A DNA stretch of 64,000 bases from an uncultured Eubacteriales bacterium (GTDB taxonomy: Bacteria; Bacillota; Clostridia; Peptostreptococcales; Anaerovoracaceae): the NCBI GenBank assembly GCA_900540145.1, contig UQEW01000001.1, positions 176-64,175 on the forward strand, read 5' to 3'. Every line of letters begins with the position of its first letter. Within the stretch, counting starts at the first letter, position 1. Positions 61,249 through 64,000 of this stretch are shown in pieces. The notes under the pieces were generated by a model. The model was not told the origin of the DNA and searched no databases. It was given only the letters and a program-made list of their open reading frames with translations. A program made the position numbers and the translations under genes.

Positions 61249-62088
61249 CTAGTAAACAAAGATAGTAAAGACAGCTGTACTTTCAGGCATATGCATATCA
61301 CCCACACTGCACTGCATACGTAAGCATACACTGCCATGAAGTAAAGTGTCCCGGCCTCTGCCCATAGAAATAAAAGTCAATGAATTTATCGGGAAATATA
61401 CATATCTTCCTTCGATACCTGCATTATTAAATTGACCATTTTCCCAATACTGCATCTTATGAACACGACCTTCCATCCTTCGTCCATCAGATGCAGACTG
61501 TGCCGATACAGTTTTTATCATAAGGTATATCATACCTTCTTGGTCTTTGACTATCAGTTGACAGGGATGCTCAAAACCGATATTCCCCATAGAAATATTA
61601 TTTTGATTTTTTATCTGATTTCGATATATAGTAAATGGGAAAAAATAACTTCCGTCTCTTAACGACGTGCACAATTCACCGCCATTAAAATTTTGCCGCC
61701 CTGAAAAAAGTTCCTTGAGTCTCATCCTATATTCTTGTTCCTCTAATCTATGCATAAACTCATCTGAAAGTCCTGCGCTAATAATTGCCATAGAATCTTT
61801 TTTTGCTTGGACAGGAGAAATGTCTAAATATTGTAGATATTGCTCCATTATCCTACGCTGATACTGAAATTTTTTAGCAACTTTTATTCCCGCTGATGTA
61901 AGTATAGATTTTCTTCCTGCTATTCTCTTCATCAACGCCATTTTATCAAGACTATCCAAAATGTGAGTCATGCTAGATTTAGGTCTATTCATATATCGTG
62001 CAGCATCAGAAATAGTTTTTTTATTTGGCTCCGCTTCCAAATAGTATAACAAAAGCTGTATTTGGCTAGCTGAAAGCATTTCAGACAT
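61249..62088 (-). CDS. DtxR/MntR-family transcriptional regulator with an unrecognised C-terminal domain of about 190 aa
   Basis: The start is placed at ATG 62088 (MSEMLSASQ...), with the ribosome-binding site GAGGAGG. The N-terminal half has a DtxR-like winged-helix and dimerisation helix (ALMKRIAGRKSILTSAGIKVAKKFQYQRRIMEQYLQYLDI). The C-terminal part is Cys/His/Met-rich and unlike SH3 or FeoA domains. Confidence 0.55.
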   Translation of the reverse strand: MSEMLSASQIQLLLYYLEAEPNKKTISDAARYMNRPKSSMTHILDSLDKMALMKRIAGRKSILTSAGIKVAKKFQYQRRIMEQYLQYLDISPVQAKKDSMAIISAGLSDEFMHRLEEQEYRMRLKELFSGRQNFNGGELCTSLRDGSYFFPFTIYRNQIKNQNNISMGNIGFEHPCQLIVKDQEGMIYLMIKTVSAQSASDGRRMEGRVHKMQYWENGQFNNAGIEGRYVYFPINSLTFISMGRGRDTLLHGSVCLRMQCSVGDMHMPESTAVFTIFVY

Positions 62089-62142
62089 AGAAAAATCCTC
62101 CTCGTTTAGCTTCAATGAAATTAATTATAAAGGAATATATGC

Positions 62143-62165
62143 GTTTAGTTAGTTAACACTAACCC
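62143..62165. promoter_or_regulatory. Second operator-like box GTTTAGTTAGTTAACACTAACC in the regulator's own promoter region
   Basis: Imperfect palindrome sharing the TTAGTTAGTTA...CTAAC core with the box at 60898-60934. Confidence 0.45.
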
Positions 62166-62208
62166 CATCAGAAATATTACCCAAAAGACTTCCACTTGTC
62201 AAGCAAAT

Positions 62209-62775
62209 TTATCTATGCTTATTTGATACTTGCTTCAATGTTACTACTCCATAGACAAGTGCTCCTATATTGCCTGCAATCATATCAGTAACCGTATCAA
62301 CCATGCCTCTTTGCATTCCGCCGCCTGCAATTTTATCAGCCAGGAACTCAAAAATCTCCCATAGCCCGGCTCCCCCGCTGGAAAACATACACGCTGTAAA
62401 AATCATGGGAATAACAAAAGGTTTCAAGTCTTCCACCTTAGAAGTCCGCTTTAACAGCTTTTCTATTATAAACATGCCAAATGCAGCCAACAAAAATCCG
62501 CTTATAAAATGAACAATTTTATCATAAGGGCCTACGAATCTATATAAATCGATTATAGAGCCAAGAGGCGACGCCATAAAGATAAATACCAATCCGCTGT
62601 AAAACAAAGTGTCGTCTACTTTTATTATTTTCGTTACGATTACCATAATCACTATTGAAACAAAAGCCCCTGCTACATTAGCAGCAGGAGGATTTATCCC
62701 AATCGCATATGCTATTACAACTGCTGGCGCTGTAGCAGCTGTCAATATTATTATTCCGGTTGTTCTGCCTTTCAT
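62209..62775 (-). CDS. Small polytopic membrane protein of unknown function
   Basis: 188 aa, about 5 transmembrane helices, immediately upstream of the regulator on the same strand. Confidence 0.4.
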   Translation of the reverse strand: MKGRTTGIIILTAATAPAVVIAYAIGINPPAANVAGAFVSIVIMVIVTKIIKVDDTLFYSGLVFIFMASPLGSIIDLYRFVGPYDKIVHFISGFLLAAFGMFIIEKLLKRTSKVEDLKPFVIPMIFTACMFSSGGAGLWEIFEFLADKIAGGGMQRGMVDTVTDMIAGNIGALVYGVVTLKQVSNKHR

Positions 62776-62809
62776 ATAATAACCATACCTAAGTCGTCAA
62801 AATTTAAAA

Positions 62810-63607
62810 TCAGTCACACAAAAAAACGGTGCCTTCTGCTTTTCCATCCATCGTAAGAGTAATAATGTCTTTTTTCTTGCCGTTAAGCAATATGGTAGAT
62901 ACACCAGCCTGGCAGGCTCTTCTAGCTGCTTCTATCTTAGTATTTATCCCGCCTGTGCCAAAAGAACTTTTTCCCTTAGTATCTATTTTTGCCATAAGCT
63001 TATCTATGTTGTCTATCTCATGCAGCAGCTTGGCGTCTTGATTTATTTTAGGATTTTTATCGAACACACCGTCTATGTCGCTGAGAATGATAAGTGTATC
63101 AGCTGCCCACAAGGATGCAGTCAACGCACTTAGTTTATCGTTATCTCCAATCTGAAATTCTTCAGTACTCACAGTATCGTTTTCATTCACTATAGGAACC
63201 ACGCCCTCATCTATAAGAGTAAACATGGTGTTTCTTATATGCAGCCGTCTCTGAGAATTTTCAAAATCCGAGTTGGTCAAAAGCATCTGTCCGACATGCA
63301 AATCCCTCTCTGCAAAAAACTCTTTATACGCCATCATAAGTTCCACCTGTCCTATGGCACACAAGGCTTGTTTATAGTTCATGTCTTCTACCTTGTGCCA
63401 TTTATTTATGGCTCCTACCCCGCAGATTTTTGCACCGCTGGACACTATAACAATGCGTTTACCATCATCTATAAGAGCGATAAGTTGCTCTACTATGTTC
63501 TTAATGGCTTCTCTGTTGGGTACTCCGTCTTCTGTTGAAAGCACATTACTTCCGAGTTTTATTACAATCTTCTTGCTGTCTTCCAATATCTTTTGTATCG
63601 TTGTCAT
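62810..63607 (-). CDS. proB: Glutamate 5-kinase (short form without a PUA domain)
   Basis: 265 aa with the amino-acid-kinase fold (IVIKLGSNVL). Confidence 0.9.
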   Translation of the reverse strand: MTTIQKILEDSKKIVIKLGSNVLSTEDGVPNREAIKNIVEQLIALIDDGKRIVIVSSGAKICGVGAINKWHKVEDMNYKQALCAIGQVELMMAYKEFFAERDLHVGQMLLTNSDFENSQRRLHIRNTMFTLIDEGVVPIVNENDTVSTEEFQIGDNDKLSALTASLWAADTLIILSDIDGVFDKNPKINQDAKLLHEIDNIDKLMAKIDTKGKSSFGTGGINTKIEAARRACQAGVSTILLNGKKKDIITLTMDGKAEGTVFLCD

Positions 63608-63717
63608 ATCTTTTCAATGTCCTTCTCAATTTAGCTTAATAAAATTTATTACAATTATACCATTTCTATGATAAAATTAAAATAACAAATACGTCATGTA
63701 TCGAAAGGATTTGCAAT

Positions 63718-64000
63718 ATGAATTATGTCGAAACCGCCAAGCGTGCCAAGAAAGACAGCTTTCTCTTGTCTTCCATATCTGAAGGAATAAGAAACAGCGC
63801 TTTGTCCCTTATCTGCGAAAAACTGAGAGAAAATCAGGATTACATTTTCGCTGCCAATCAAAAGGATCTTCAGGCGGCCGAAGAAAATGCTCTGCCGTCG
63901 CCACTGTTATCCAGGCTTAAATTTGACAGCAAAAAGCTTTCAACATGTATAGACGGTATGCACGATCTGATAGGGATGGATGATCCTCTCAACCGGGTAC
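63718..64000 (+). CDS. proA: Gamma-glutamyl phosphate reductase (5-prime part only, runs off the window)
   Basis: N-terminus MNYVETAKRAKKDSFLLSS...AANQKDLQAAEENALPSPLLSRLKF is ProA-like. It is divergent from proB. Confidence 0.8.
   Translation, partial: MNYVETAKRAKKDSFLLSSISEGIRNSALSLICEKLRENQDYIFAANQKDLQAAEENALPSPLLSRLKFDSKKLSTCIDGMHDLIGMDDPLNRV

Noticed and set aside
62209-62775. MntP-like manganese exporter next to the DtxR-family regulator
   Set aside because: The size (188 aa) matches MntP but the sequence shows no DUF204 repeat similarity. It is left as an unknown membrane protein.

Overview
This 64 kb window looks like the chromosome of a low-GC Firmicute, probably a Clostridia/Lachnospiraceae-type gut anaerobe. 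That placement is inferred from gene content, TTG starts with strong GGAGG ribosome-binding sites, a Cheo-type LexA box, purO and a large single-chain purL. Almost every gene is on the minus strand.

From left to right the window holds:
- A tungstate/molybdate-type binding lipoprotein, an iron-sulfur flavoprotein, a MATE pump, a macro-domain protein, 5-formyl-THF cyclo-ligase and a half-size UPF0126 membrane protein.
- A structured repeat-rich intergenic region at 4735-5050.
- A complete purine operon, purE-purC-purF-purM-purN-purO-purH-purD-purL plus a terminal CofE-like gamma-glutamyl-ligase-fold gene. It is preceded by a consensus promoter and what looks like a ZTP (pfl) riboswitch with a terminator expression platform.
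- sstT, an aldo-keto reductase with an Fe-S domain, a YeiH exporter and a cytidylate-kinase-like gene.
- livKHMGF, preceded by a promoter, a 41-codon Ile/Val/Leu-rich small ORF and a terminator, which together look like an attenuator.
- An 11-gene ilv-leu super-operon: leuA-leuC-leuD-ilvA-leuB, then a DUF815 ATPase, then ilvB-ilvN-ilvC-ilvD-ilvE. It has a terminator-containing leader with a Leu-rich mini-ORF.
- A plus-strand pair of a fused double DUF1538 membrane protein and a tandem PII-like protein.
- panG-like/panB/panC/panD.
- A secreted CHAP peptidase.
- A LexA-box-controlled YolD plus Y-family polymerase cassette.
- An orphan radical-SAM/SPASM enzyme.
- An 8-gene minus-strand operon: two NEAT-like surface proteins, an HmuTUV/FecBCD-type importer, CydD and CydC homologues, and YbaN. 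A divergently organised DtxR-family regulator with an unfamiliar C-terminal domain sits next to it, flanked by two TTAGTTA-type palindromic boxes.
- proB and the start of proA.

The three observations I rate highest are the NEAT-like/CydDC/importer operon with its regulator, the DUF1538-PII pair, and the candidate riboswitch and attenuator leaders.

No rRNA, tRNA, CRISPR array, transposase or integrase was recognised.

Every call rests on reading motifs in the supplied translations and the DNA. No database search was possible.
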